The notes below the pieces were generated by a model that searched no databases, had not been told where the DNA came from, and saw nothing but the letters and a program-made list of their open reading frames with translations. The translations under genes were made by a program, and so were the position numbers. DNA of 64,000 nucleotides. It comes from Amoebophrya sp. A120 (lineage: Eukaryota; Protista; Dinoflagellata). How positions within the stretch are numbered: the first letter of the stretch is position 1; the number at the start of each line of letters is the position of its first letter. This document shows, in pieces, positions 24,140-36,367 of the stretch. Where the stretch lies: the NCBI GenBank assembly GCA_905178155.1, contig CAJINV010000007.1, forward strand, positions 2,275,151 through 2,339,150, read 5' to 3'.

Positions 24140-25352
24140 TCAGCCAGATTGGAAGTCACCAAAAAAACCATCATCGTCTTCAAATGGATCTTTATCAGCC
24201 GTGTTGTACCCCATCGGCGCACCAGGCGGCGCCGCGATCCCTCCCCCTCCGCTAGGTGGTGGCGGCATCGCGAATCCTCCTCCCCGATTCGGACTTGCGC
24301 CACTGCTCGTAGTAGTTCCGACCAGCTTGTTTACTGTGTTGTTCGCTTTATTCCCACCCCCTCCGGGGGTCTTCAAACTTCTGATGCTTATCTTCTCCCC
24401 GGCTTTCAAACTGTAGTCTTTCTTCTCAAAATTGATGGAGGATGATGCTTCTGCAGATGATCCGCCCGCCGGTCCACTGGAAGCAGCTGTTGAGGAGGCT
24501 GCTGATCCACCTGAACTCGTACCTCTGAAATCCGTTAAACAGCAGTTGAAATCGAACGCGTCGTTCCGGTCTTCGTATCCTGTGCAAAAGTATCGTACTC
24601 GTATTACAATCATGCATTACAAATTTTTTTCTCAAGGTAAATCCGCATTACAAATTTAATTTCTCATTCTCATGCTGAGGAAACTTGTAATGCATTTATA
24701 CGAGTACGTGTACGATACTTTTGCAATGCATACTTCGAAGCCCAAGCCGATGTACGCCGTTTTCTTCGTTCCCGGGTGCACTTATAAAATGTAAAAGTGT
24801 CTGGGTCTGGAAGAGGAGAAGTTTGTCATGCACATTTTACATGATCCATGATGTCTCTGATGTATGAAATAGCATCACAGATTTATCGAGCGCGAGCGCC
24901 TATCGATGCGCGTCCAGCATGACAAATGCCCTCTCCGCGTAGCCAAATTTGAGTCCTCTATCTGCTCATGCAATGCAGATTTTTTTAGCATCCAAATGCA
25001 GCATCACAAGTTTGGCTCTTCCAGACCCAGACATGTTTGCAATCCATAGCACTACTCGCAAGACGAAATACCGGCTGGAGTCGACCGTTCGTTCAATAAA
25101 TTTCTCGTGGTCCCCGTGTTCGATGACCGATTGCAGGAACATCTCCTCCGTGGCCGGTTTGACCAGGCGGAGCACCACGTGCGGCCCCTTCGCAACCACC
25201 CAGACCTTGCCCTGCCAAATGCAGTTTTTCCACTCCTCCGCCCGGTGTCCGGCGGCGGTCGCGCGGGGCGGCACCTGGAAGGCGTTGACGTCGCGCCGGT
25301 TCAGAATCGTGTACTCGATCTGTTGTTCCTCATCGTCTTCCGAAGAGGCCAT
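24140..25352 (-). CDS. NECAP: NECAP / adaptin ear-binding coat-associated protein (~259 aa; exons 25352-25049, 24777-24733, 24570-24140)
   Basis: Spliced product VPPRATAAGHRAEEW...VDSSRYFVLRVV|HPGTKKTAYIGLGFE|DRNDAFDFNCCL...SLKAGEKISI matches the PHear domain signature; both introns are TIR elements. Confidence 0.9.
24576..24732. mobile_element. Introner/MITE-like element, family B (157 bp)
   Basis: TIR TATCCTGTGCAAAAGTATCGTAC / GTACGATACTTTTGCAATGCATA; perfect direct repeat CTTCG (24571-24575, 24733-24737); removal restores GLGFE-DRNDAF. Confidence 0.92.
24783..25048. mobile_element. Introner/MITE-like element, family A (266 bp)
   Basis: TIR core TGTCTGGGTCTGGAAGA / TCTTCCAGACCCAGACA; perfect direct repeat GCACT (24778-24782, 25049-25053); removal restores YFVLRVV-HPG. 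Confidence 0.93.
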
Positions 25353-26966
25353 GGCAAATGGCTTGTTGGGATTCAGAATCAATCAGAGGTGAAACACGTA
25401 TTTGAGATTTTGCGCTTCTTCTTGAAGCTACAGCAAACTGCTCCTGCAGCTGCGATAGATCGAAGCTCCTCGTCCTCGCTTCTTCTACTTATAGGTTCAA
25501 CCCTCCCGCTCGCAAACCTATGCCGGGGCACTAATATAAATGGCGGATCAACATCAAAGCTAGTAGGTGGCGTTGACAGTTCGTTGACCCCCGGGAGAGG
25601 CGGACGACACACACGGAAGCCATTGCTGCAGAATCGCTGGCTGCAACTGTTGATTTTTGGTTCGCAACAAGTAGCTGCGAGCCACCTCCATCATCCTCTT
25701 TTCATCTTCACTCAGGGCCAGGACGAACCGACACGGACGCAAACGCAAGAACAACGGACAAACCACAACCTGGCGAAACTTGTTTCCAAAAAACGCTTGC
25801 CAGACCCCGGCCAAAGCCGCTAAAGATAATAAGCGAGAAGATGGTATCCATATCGTGTGCGTTTGTTTATTTTTTTCTGAGAATTCATTTCATTTCGATC
25901 GTTTCTCTCTTTCCTTAACTTTCATACCAGATGAAGCCCCGCTTATGGCTCTGTTCCCAATATTGAAGATTCTGCTTCTGCATCTGCTTCTGCCCTCCTT
26001 ACGCAGAGAAAAAATCAGAAAAAAACTGCAAAATTGTGCCGACTTGATGTTGTTGATGTAAGTATTTGCAAGAGTTTGGAGGCCTCAGCGAATGAGCTGT
26101 TTTTTGTTCACAAAAAAATCATAATCCAACAGCAAGAGCTTGCTGTTATTCGTTATCGCGCAGAATAGAGCCAAGCACTGACAACTCTAGTGAGGGTGAA
26201 GGTTTACTTAGATTACAGCTCCCGAAGACAAAAACGCAAGGTCGTTGCATTTTTTCTGGCCCTTAGCTTTCCTTTGGTTGATGCGCTCATGAAGACTGAG
26301 CATTCATATTCAACCGACTAAGTATCATGTCGACAATTATTATGTGCCACGCGAACCATAGCTCGAGCCGCACCCGCACCCCCTACAACTAACGCAGAGC
26401 GCAACTTGAAGCTGCAGCTCGGTGTCTTGCTCTTGCTTCTGCTGAAGATGCAAGGTGCTGTAGAAGAACGATGCGCGGCCTGGATTGTCGGACGCATGAA
26501 TAATATGTTGCGCATTCTCGTACGCAAAAGCAGGCTGAATGTTGTACCAGGCCGTGAAGATAAATTATAATTTTTCCAACATGTAGCCTACACAAACGGC
26601 CTTGCTGCACCTGCACCAGCTGATTTACTTTACTACAAAGTGCGACGATGCCGCGTGAAATAAGAAAGTACGTAGATGCAGCAGAGTTTGTTCAGATGTT
26701 GAGCAAGTTAAAGTACAGAAGGTTCTTGCTTTCCGGCACTTGTAGTTGAAGATGTTTGAAAAAATCTATAGAAGTTGGAAGAAGAAGAAGATGAAGAAGA
26801 ACTTTTTCGAATTGATAAAGCGCAGCTCCAAAGGCAGGATATTGTTCTTGTACAGCATTAAGTGCTACTGCCTAGCCTAGGCATTGACATTTCTATGGTT
26901 GTAAGTTTCAGTTGGCCAACAGCTGTCCGAGCACATTAAAATTAATTAAATCAAGAAATCGTCCTA

Positions 26967-29900
26967 TTATTTTATCGCGACCCATCCCGGCAGCAGTTGC
27001 TTATTGGGCGACTTCGCAGCGCCAGCACCATCGCTCGGACGTGGCGACGCCCCGGGACTTACGGTCCCGGGTGGCAAGAGCCCCAGCTTCTGAATGTAGC
27101 CCGCTCGTATCTGCACCGGCGTTTTCATCCAGTTCGTGTCTTCGGACACGTCTACCACCTCGACTATCGGGTCAAAAACCTGAATGTGTGGCCCCAGGAA
27201 GGCACCGAACGCACGGTAGGGAAGTTTGTCCTCGTCAGAGGGGGACGCGATCGAAGTGGATGGGGAGACAGACCCCGATGCTGTCGTGCTCGGCACGGGA
27301 ATGGTTGTAGTGGAAACTGCATCGGGGTGTGATGTGTCTGGCTGCTGGAGCAGCTTTTCCCGAAGCATTTTCTCTTGGGAAGTCTTCGCCTGTTTTTCTT
27401 GCCTCTTCAGCATCTTGGCGCCACCCTTGTACACGACCAGGCCGATGAGAACGGTGAAAAGGGCGAACCTGGGATGTTTGAAAGAATGTATGTTCTTCCG
27501 GCGGATGTTTTGTCTTGTTCATCTTCGACCTGCCAGGACGACAAAAAGTTGTTATAGAACTGATGTGTCTGATGGTCCTCAGTCACGCGCTGGCCCCATC
27601 CATATATCTCTAAAAGCGACTACACCTGCTGGACCTGTATACAACTACTTCTAGGTACCAGTCCACCATTCGCATCGGCACCGCGGAGCTTCCCATGATG
27701 ACCGGCGACGCGAAGAGCACGCTGGTGATTGGCAACCGAGCGGCGTTGATAACGAAGTAAAAGCTGGCCGTGCCGTACTTGACGAGCAGCATACAGAGGA
27801 TGTTGTAGGCGATGTTGAAGGAGATGTACATCGTGGTCGCAAAGCCAGCGGCGTCGCACTTGTCGCACGGCCGCAGCCCCTGCATCCGGGGGAAGGTGCC
27901 GTCGTCGCAGTCGTCTTTCACGGTGTTGTATCAAATGTAAAAATGTCTGGGTCTGGAAGAATCTAAACTTGTGATGCTGTCTCTGGATTCGAAAAACATT
28001 TGTATTGCATGACCAGTAAGAGGAGTAGATTTTGTGCTCCACGGAGATGGCATTTGTCATGCGGAATAGGTATGAGGAAGCGCTCTAAAAATCTGTGATG
28101 CTACGGCATGCATCACAGACATCATGGGTCATGGAAAATATGCATGACAAATCTAGAAATGTTCCAGACCCAGACATTTTTACACTTGATATGTTGATGC
28201 CGATGAAACACTTCGCGCCGTCGATGAAAGACGGAATCATGTCGTTCAATGGGATTTGGCTGATATTTGTGTTGATGTACGTGTCCATTTACAAGTTCTT
28301 GTGTTCGCATCTACTTCCAACATGCACTGCAAACTGATCCCGCTCCGTGCTCTTATTGGTCTTGCTGTGCGTCAGGGATTCAGCAAAGTACAACGAGCAA
28401 TTCTCAAGATTTAGTACAATACATTCACAGAGGACCACGCGCAGCGGTGAATAAAAAGAAAAAGTACCTCGGCCCCAAAATCGGCAGAGTGTACAGCGGA
28501 CAGAGAACGAAGTTGAAAAGCCCCTGGAAAACGGCAACCCACATCTGGATCAGGTTGACCGAGAGGTTTGGGACATCCTGGAACGCGACTTCCTTGTATA
28601 TTGTGGACAGTGCAGTGGGAAAATTGCTCGACGCGAAAATCATGTTGAAAGTAACATTGTCACCGGAGTCCGTGGTAGCGGCTTGGGGCCCGATCTTCGA
28701 GACGGCTGGTTTACGTATTATGATGCAGTAACTAGTTCTAGTGGTGCCTAAAAATGTAAATGACTATGATATGATATTACCAATTCGCTAGTTGTATCAT
28801 GATCAACTGCACCAAGCAATCTCTTTACCAACGCCTCCGACTATGACTGCTGCGCCGAGGTACTGGTAAAGATGGAAGCGGCGTCGCAGCAGCAGGACCG
28901 ACAAAAGAATCGTCACGGGGATGGCTCCTTGTGTGAGCAACACCTGGGTGCCACCGGCGGTGTAGGCACCGCCGAGAACCTGAGCGGGTTATTTGAAGAC
29001 GAAGATACAGATAGACGTCAACATTACATATATTAAGTTGAAGCAAGCATCTTCTTCTTCAAGGGTGGGTGAACCTGAAGTAGACACAGTACGGGAGGTA
29101 CTCCTCCTGAATCTTTGAATCCGCCAACGACAACGACATGTACTTAGCTCCGCCTGCAGTGCCTGTGCCAGTCTGCTCAATAACAGTACTAGTTCTAGTT
29201 CTAGTACCATGGTCATCCCGGCGCAGGCATCGAGCAAGCCCATGACCGCCGTCTTCCGCTTAGGAATGTCGCCTCCCGCTTTCTGCTCCCACATCTTCTC
29301 CAGCTCGGTCGCAAAGTAGAAAAACGGAATGAACACTATCGTGGTCACGTTCGTGGTGAACCAACTGTAATTCGCAAGGGAAGTGGTCATCTTCTTGAAG
29401 TAAATCGTGTTCCCGGTCGCCATCAGCATGTAGCACCCGTACATCAGTGCTTTCTGCCAAGAACTGAGCTTTTTCCTGGACATCGGTGCTGCAGTACTGC
29501 TTGTGGTCTTGGTGGCACTTGTAGCTACCGCGCCAGCGCCACTATTTTCTACTTGTCTGCCGTCAAGATTTGAAACACCAGGTGGATGCACCGTGGCAGA
29601 TGTTTGATGTCCTCTATTAGGATTGCTCCGGTTGATGATGTTCTGCTGGTCAACAAAGAGCTTCCCGGGGCTATTGAAGTTCGTTTTGTTCGGAGAGGGA
29701 GGCTTGTTGTAGTAGCCTCCGAGAATCCCGCTATTACTCGCCGGACCTCCACCTCCGCCTGCAGTGGCCCAGGGTGGCTGTAGCGACGAGGTGGATGATG
29801 TGCTGTTGTTCCCTCCCAGGAAGTTGATTTGCTGTCCTCCGTAAAAATTGGCACTTATTCCGGGCGGCGTGATCAACGGCGCGGCCTGCTTCGACGGCGT

Positions 29901-32153
29901 GGTTAAGGACGCCTGTCGCTTGCTCGTGGAGGCTGACGCCGCTCCTGACCCGCCCCCCACCCCGCTCCCGTTGTTTGCGTCCGCAGAGGTTTCGCTCGTG
30001 CGACTGTCCTGCTGCTGCCGGCTCTGCACTAGTTGTTCGTACCAGGTCATCTTCCGGGTTCTACCCCGGCTGTTCGGCCTTTGCTGCTGCTTCTGCGGAG
30101 CTGCACCAGGCGGACCGCCTGTAGATGATCCGACCCCGCCGTCAGAAGGTTGCTGTTGTGGAGGTGCGCTTGTTGATGTAGAAGATGCTGTGGTCGCTGG
30201 AGGGTCGTCGTGTCCTGTCGTGGTAGTAGCACCTCCGATGGAGGTGGTCCGTGTTGTACCTCCTCCAATCGCTACAGGCTGGTCATGGGTCGAGAAAAGA
30301 AATGGACGAGAAGACGCACTAGAGCTCGACGAACCTCCCGCCCCGCCGCGGCCCATGATTGCACTTTGCGTGTACTGCGTCACTTTATTTTCTACTTTTG
30401 GCAATTGCTGGTCATGGTCTTCGTCTTGCTGCTGCCAGGGGGGCCCACGCTGCTCACTTGTTGTTTCCTTTTCATCTCCTGCTGATCTGGGACTTGTTCT
30501 CAGTCTTTCTCTATTACTCCCCCCGCTCACCTTCCGCTTTTTTTCGCTACTGCCGCGACCTCCAGAGACGTGGTCGAGATGGCTTCTCTGGGCCACCAAC
30601 GGATTCCCTTTAACTTCTCTGGTACCAACATCTACTTCCTGCTCCATGTCGTCCTCGTCAATGGCGCTGGGCCGCTTTTTCAGCAGGAGAGTGGTTGTGC
30701 TGCCTTTCGTTCCTCGCTGCGGAGTAATGACGACCACATCGCCCTCCTGCTGTCCTCTGCCATCCCGCTCGCCGTGAATTGGTCGTGAAGAAAGGTCTTC
30801 TGTATCCGAATCCGCCGACGACGGTAAAGGAATCATCCCTCCCGCTGCTCCTTCCACCCTTTCGTGATCCGTCCTTGCAAGAAGATTGGTTTGATGCTCT
30901 CCGGGCACCACTCGAGTCCACTGGCTGGACGCAGAAAGAGAAACGACGACCACAGGTGGTGCTGTGCTGCCTGCCGTGCTGGCGCTGTGAGAGTTAATGT
31001 CCTCTGTAGTTGTTCCAGGCCCGCGGCCGTCCGGAGGTCTGATTGCAGGATCAACATGATGGCCGCGCACGTCTTGATTCGAAGTACCTGCACATTGTTG
31101 TAGACTAAGCCCGTTCAACAACATCGGGCCATCGACATCACTAGGACCGCTCCCAACATTAGTTTTAGTACTCTGCGGCTGCAGCAAACTTGATGCAGCT
31201 CCACCTCCAGGAGTAGTTGCAAAGTCGATCCTTGTCAAGGGAGACGATTGTAGCTTCTTCAGCTTCGGCAGTCGTGCGGCCACAGTGCTGGTGCTGGAAG
31301 TGGAGGACCGGCCAGAAGGGGGCGAACGCTGCGGAATAAGTTTATTTTGACCCGTTGTAGAAGTGTTTGAATTTCTACCGGCTGTAGTGGTCCCAACTAC
31401 CGGGCCAGCAGAGGACGCCGGAAGTTGGACTTGCTGCAACCGCCCGGAGCTACGAGGAACCGCCACGCCAGGAAAGTGAATCGGCGAGAGGACGGCGAAA
31501 TGCGGCTGCGTTGGGCCTGTGTTCGTACTTGTTGTAATTGAACTACCCGTCCTGGGAGCTGGAACTCCTATCGTTGCCATGCTAGTAGAGGCGGCGGACG
31601 AGGACAAGGCTGGAGGAGAACGGATTTTTCCGGTAGAAGTTGTAGAAAGGGCAACGCCCCCTGCAAAAATACTATCCTCGCCGGTCGCCTCATGAGCAAA
31701 TATCCCTGCTCCAGCTGTTGTTTCTCGTCCCGCGGCCACCCCTATCTTAGAAGTCTCTTCGCCACCCGCACCGACATCTGACTGCAGAAAACGTTGTTCC
31801 ACTAGTGCCACCGTTGAAGATACTGAGTTCGTTTGAGCTTCAGGCGATGCTGTGCCGTCGTCCTTGTTAACACGACCATAACTCACCTGTTGTTTGATAT
31901 TTGGCGAAGCTCCTTCGGCTTCGCTGCCGAGAGACGGCGAAGTGGAACTGTATGGAGGATTTGATGTTTTATTATCCGCTAAGACATTCAAGTCTTGGCT
32001 ATAGCTGCCAGGTTGCGCGCGCGTGTACTGCCGTCCTCTGTGCGAGGAAGAAGATGTTGTAGTTGTAGCCGGTTGTAGAAGTAGTGACACAGGAGAAGGA
32101 GCTGCTGCACTACTAGGACACGACGGAGAGGGCTGCTCCTCTCCTGGTCCCAT
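26967..32153 (-). CDS. CRT-like (chloroquine resistance transporter family, DMT superfamily) transporter with long low-complexity N-terminus; exons 32153-29208, 28979-28829, 28705-28468, 28259-28192, 27923-27659, 27468-26967 (~1389 aa; start uncertain)
   Basis: Motifs GNTIYFK, MGLLDA, GGTQVLLTQ, RRRFHLYQYLGA, ALSTIYKE, WVAVFQ, GAKCFIGINT...C...CDKCD, FNIAYN, DW..L..VLIGLVVY typical of CRT/CLT proteins; four GT-AG introns and one introner; summed exon length is a multiple of 3. Confidence 0.85.
27929..28191. mobile_element. Introner/MITE-like element, family A (263 bp)
   Basis: TIR TATCAAATGTAAAAATGTCTGGGTCTGGAA; perfect direct repeat TGTTG (27924-27928, 28192-28196); removal restores CFIGIN-TVKDDC. 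Confidence 0.93.
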
Positions 32154-32668
32154 GACTTTTATTTTTGACGTTATATTATCTCTCCTTTTGATGTAAAGTT
32201 CAAAGTACGAACAAGCGGAAAAAAAAATGAATCTGCGGAGCGACAAATAATTGAAGGAAGAAACTTCAGCACTGTGATTGGAAATTTCACCAGCTCCTTA
32301 CTTTATTTATCGCCGCTCGCTCCCAGCTCCAACATCTCTCGTCTAGTAGTATGCACTTTTTCATCGCGTTTTTGCATTCTGTCAACCACTTCAAAGGCCT
32401 GTTTTGTCGTGTTCTTCCTGTGTGTGGCGCTCTCTACCAATATCTCGTGGCAATGGAGAAAAAAAAACACAGCAAAACTGGCTTCCATTGAAGAAAGACC
32501 GTCTACCAGTGTCTGACTCCGTTTGATGCTCTCATTGCCAACGCCAATGCTACCACCAAGTCCCCTCGGCCTTTTCTCTCGTCACGCACATGAAAAACTA
32601 GAAAAGTTCCGCGACTCTTGCAACAGCCAAAGAATGCAATGTATCAAGAAAATGCAAACGCAACCTTC

Positions 32669-32770
32669 AACAACATGCAACCTGAAGAACATGCGAGAAC
32701 CTGAACAACATGCAACCTGAACAACATGCAAGAACTTGCCTGAACAACATGCAACGTGAACAACAGCAAC
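32669..32770. repeat. Imperfect minisatellite, ~16-bp unit CTGAACAACATGCAAC, about 6 copies
   Basis: Repeated units visible directly in intergenic DNA upstream of the CRT-like gene. Confidence 0.8.
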
Positions 32771-33818
32771 GCACCAGGAACAGGAACTTCACCAGCACCT
32801 CGAATACTGTGCACCACTTTCGACGGTGTTCGTGTTGCCTGTCAACGGGGTCGGAGAGGCGATTCTTGATGTGTCTCTCAAAAGATCATACACAGGGGAA
32901 TCTTCAATGGCAGGGCGGGTTACGCCACAAAAAAGTCAAAGAGTAAGAGGGAGTGCAACATCATACAACCCAAACCAAACGTCTTTTACTTTTTTTATAC
33001 CTTCAGTGTTCTTCGTTCTTGGAAGGAAAAATGTTTCTAGTCTTTAATTTAGTAGATTTAGATATACAAAATTGGGCCACTTCAGCAGTCCTCTGTCGGG
33101 GGGCAATTCTTGGGCTGTGCTCTTTCGGGGTTCATGATCGCGAGTGCGATTGTATGAAGAACTACTTTTTATGCGGAAGCGCAGACAACTAGCCGCTGCC
33201 GCGCTACTTTTTGTAGAGGATACACAAAAATAGCTAAACTGTGTAACTCAAGTCGGAAATTGTACACGGGAGGGCACTCGTTGAGGAGGCCTCGCACTGC
33301 ATGTGCTAACTTGTAGATGTACAACTGAGAGGTCGTATTAATCTACGTACTAGATTAAGTGGATAAGCCTGGTTCCTCGCGAAAACAAAAGTGGGAAAAC
33401 GTCGCGACGAACGTGCAGAGGCAATAACAAGGGCATCACCGAAATAAGTACTTAACTTCAAGTTCAAATGCCAATGCGTGCTCTTGCGGGTAACATAAAA
33501 ATGTTAAGGTTGAAAAAAATGCACCAGCGGAAGTATGTTTGCTTGTTTGTATAATTCTCCCCCTCTTCATCCTCAAAACGAAAACACAACACCCGGGCCG
33601 TCGAGCAGCTGGGTTTTTTTGCTTAATAACTTCGTCTGCCACTGTCCGTGTCGGTGTCCCCGCCAACCGCAAGAACCACGCGCCGGCTCCGCCTGCGCTC
33701 TTTCGTCTTGTTGCGGATCTTCACCTTCAGCGAAGACGGTCTTCTATGAATGTCGTACGTTGTTAACGCTCTGCGGTCGGGATGAAGAATGTATATGCAG
33801 GCTTTTTCTTTTTCTGTT

Positions 33819-35879
33819 TCATCTTGGCGCTAGAAATACACCTTCCGTAGTTGTACCAGTTCCAGTGTCGACCTTCTGCTCCTCCAACGGACGAGGCTCA
33901 TTGGAATAATCTGCCACGGATTTGTCCTCCCCGATTTCCTCCGTGAGCCCATTGCGGAATTCCAGAATGAACCGCGAACCCAAGTCGTTCCGCAGAAACA
34001 GCACGGCTTCTTCCGCATTTACGATTTCATTTTCAGCTTGACGATCAAGAAGTGCATTTCGAAAGTTCTCCACTCCGACCTTTCTCGCGGCAATCAGCTT
34101 TTGGTTTGTCGCGGTTTGGTACTCCGTCAAAGAGTCGTAGTTGTCCCGATATTTCGCATACAGCAACACCCACCACCCACAGCTCCAGTCGTCTTGCTGA
34201 AAAGGAAATCCATTTTTCACGAGATGAGTATCCGCGGTCCTCGGGCCGTCGAAAGGGGCCGCTCCTTTGGTCGTTTCCTGCAGGAGCGCGTCCCCGAACT
34301 CTGTCGGGCCGAAGAAACTGTTATCGGGCAGCAAATAAGATCTGCTTCCACCCCCCGACCTGTCAAACTTCGTACTCTGGAACGCATGCTGGAAGACTTT
34401 CCGCCCGGTAGACCACCAAGCTCCCTCCTCATTGTACTTTTTTGTGAGGGCTTTCGAGTCGAGCAGTTGCTCCAGCTCAGCTTCTGCTTCGGTCGTCTCG
34501 CGTAGAAAAGGGTTCGTCTTTCGGTCCATGCTACCCGCATCGGTTCCCTTTAGCGCGAGACGCGAGGACTTCATGCCGTCCTCAACGTTGTCGCTGCCGT
34601 GGCTGTTGTGATATTCAACGGAGTAGTGCAGAGCGTGGGGAAATAAACCGTCCGAATCGGAGGTTCCGGAAAACCGGATCTGGATCCGAAAGACCACCCA
34701 ATGACCCGCGTTGCGCGTCAGTTTTTCCAGCTTGCCCTGCGCCGTTTCGGTCGGCAAGTTTTGCTTCAAGTAAACACCCCACGGAAGCTGGACCGGCAGA
34801 TACAGGGCGACAAAGTTCTTCCCCGCCGTGAGATGCTCTTTCAATTCTTGGATCGTACAGTGTCGGAGCTCCTTCTCGATTTTTCCCAGTTGGGCTTTCA
34901 GATGTTCCTTGAGCCCGGCTGCGCCGCTACGTGCGCTCGTCTCCCACCGCACGTGCGGAATCTCCTCGGACAGTGTGGCCTTGAAAAACCAGTGGTGGAA
35001 GTCTAGGAGTGCCTTTTTCAAAGCCTTCAATTCGCGAGAAATCTTGTTCCCGCCGATAGTACCAGTTCTTGGTGTATAATTACTAGCGCCGGATAGGAGG
35101 TGGAGTTGCTGTCGTTGTTGTTCTTCTGTTGGGTCCTCGTCAACGGCTGGGAAGATCATGGGAGGACTACTAACGATCATATTTTCGTTCAAGACCCCGT
35201 ACTTTTTTGCCAAAAGAAAATGGAGCTTTGGCTGCAACCCGGCGGAAGCAAGCGCCAGCTCGAGGAAACCCGGTTTCACCTCGCTATCCGTGAAGCCACT
35301 GCGGAGCTTTCCCCCAGAGAGGAGCTTTTGTTTATATTCGGCAATTTCTTGCTTCAGTGCGGCCTCAATTTCGCTCGTCTCCGTCTCGTCGAGGATAACA
35401 TCGAAAGCATCTTCTACTTCTCCTTCAACATCATCTGGAGACGAGGACCCATCTTCACCCGGCAGCTGGTCGTGCCCATCTATCTGCTCTTGTTGCTCTG
35501 CAGGTAGAAGTAGATCTTCAGGAGGAGTAGAAGTGCCACTCCCGCTGCCCTGTGACACAGTTGTCCTCGTAGTCGTACTGCCACTGGAATCGGACGGCGT
35601 CGAGGACGATAACACAGCTCCAACATGAGCAAGGTCCCCTTCCCGCCCTCCAGGCTTCTGCTCTCCTTGTTCCTCCGTTGGAGATTGTTGTGGCGCTGGT
35701 GTTGGGGCCGCTCCACCAAAGAGGGTACTGAGCCACATCGCGGAAACGCCGGTAATACCGGGCTCGTGCGCAGACAGGAAAACAATCGCCAGAGTCGACA
35801 CGAGAGTCACGACCGGCGGTGCAGCCCGCCTCGGCTTGGGATACATCAGAAAACTTGCCTTCATTCGGTGAGCCTCCAT
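33819..35879 (-). CDS. Ulp1/SENP-like CE-clan (C48) cysteine protease with N-terminal signal/anchor
   Basis: Single 686-aa ORF; LYLPVQ...GHWVVFRI...YHNSHG...QQDDWSCGWWVL fits His/Asx/Gln/Cys order of CE clan; hydrophobic VVTLVSTLAIVFLSA near N-terminus. Confidence 0.7.
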   Translation of the reverse strand: MEAHRMKASFLMYPKPRRAAPPVVTLVSTLAIVFLSAHEPGITGVSAMWLSTLFGGAAPTPAPQQSPTEEQGEQKPGGREGDLAHVGAVLSSSTPSDSSGSTTTRTTVSQGSGSGTSTPPEDLLLPAEQQEQIDGHDQLPGEDGSSSPDDVEGEVEDAFDVILDETETSEIEAALKQEIAEYKQKLLSGGKLRSGFTDSEVKPGFLELALASAGLQPKLHFLLAKKYGVLNENMIVSSPPMIFPAVDEDPTEEQQRQQLHLLSGASNYTPRTGTIGGNKISRELKALKKALLDFHHWFFKATLSEEIPHVRWETSARSGAAGLKEHLKAQLGKIEKELRHCTIQELKEHLTAGKNFVALYLPVQLPWGVYLKQNLPTETAQGKLEKLTRNAGHWVVFRIQIRFSGTSDSDGLFPHALHYSVEYHNSHGSDNVEDGMKSSRLALKGTDAGSMDRKTNPFLRETTEAEAELEQLLDSKALTKKYNEEGAWWSTGRKVFQHAFQSTKFDRSGGGSRSYLLPDNSFFGPTEFGDALLQETTKGAAPFDGPRTADTHLVKNGFPFQQDDWSCGWWVLLYAKYRDNYDSLTEYQTATNQKLIAARKVGVENFRNALLDRQAENEIVNAEEAVLFLRNDLGSRFILEFRNGLTEEIGEDKSVADYSNEPRPLEEQKVDTGTGTTTEGVFLAPR

Positions 35880-36336
35880 ATTCTTTCTTTATTCAGCGTT
35901 GTGCGTTTACAAAATAGTGAGAAGAGAAATGACGTAAAAATCCTGCGAATGTACGTCGGTCGCTACAACGGCGTAGGTGCTTATGTTTTTGTGGTTAGTT
36001 CTATAATTATTTTGAAAAAAGTGGCACAAAATATGATTCAAAACTCTACGGGGCTCGTATCTACTAAGTCAGTTTGAGTTCGATTACGATTGTCACAGAT
36101 TCCCTTCTTGCTTTCTCATCAATACTCAATTTGTATACTTTTTTCAAGAACAGGGATTCGGGGGCCGGAGCCGCTCGAGAATGAAATTAATCGTGGCGAA
36201 GACGGTATCTAAAAGATGTTTCCAAAAACAGAACTTCTGGATCTTTTGACCAATAAATGAAGCAAATGAGTAACATTCCATAAAAAAAAGGCTTCTGACA
36301 CTTTTTCGAAATGATCTTTTTGGATCGATGATTTAG

Positions 36337-36338
<2 letters not shown>

Positions 36339-36366
<28 letters not shown>
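36339..36366. repeat. (CTTT)7 microsatellite
   Basis: Direct reading; abuts a 16-bp palindrome CCATGCCCGGGCATGG (36367-36382). Confidence 0.85.

Positions 36367-36367
<1 letters not shown>

Noticed and set aside
24930-24955. CGCGTAGCCAAATTTGAG inside an introner resembles the DinoSL
   Set aside because: Weak match, not conserved in the equivalent position of the 56660 copy (CGCGGAGCAAAAACTGG)
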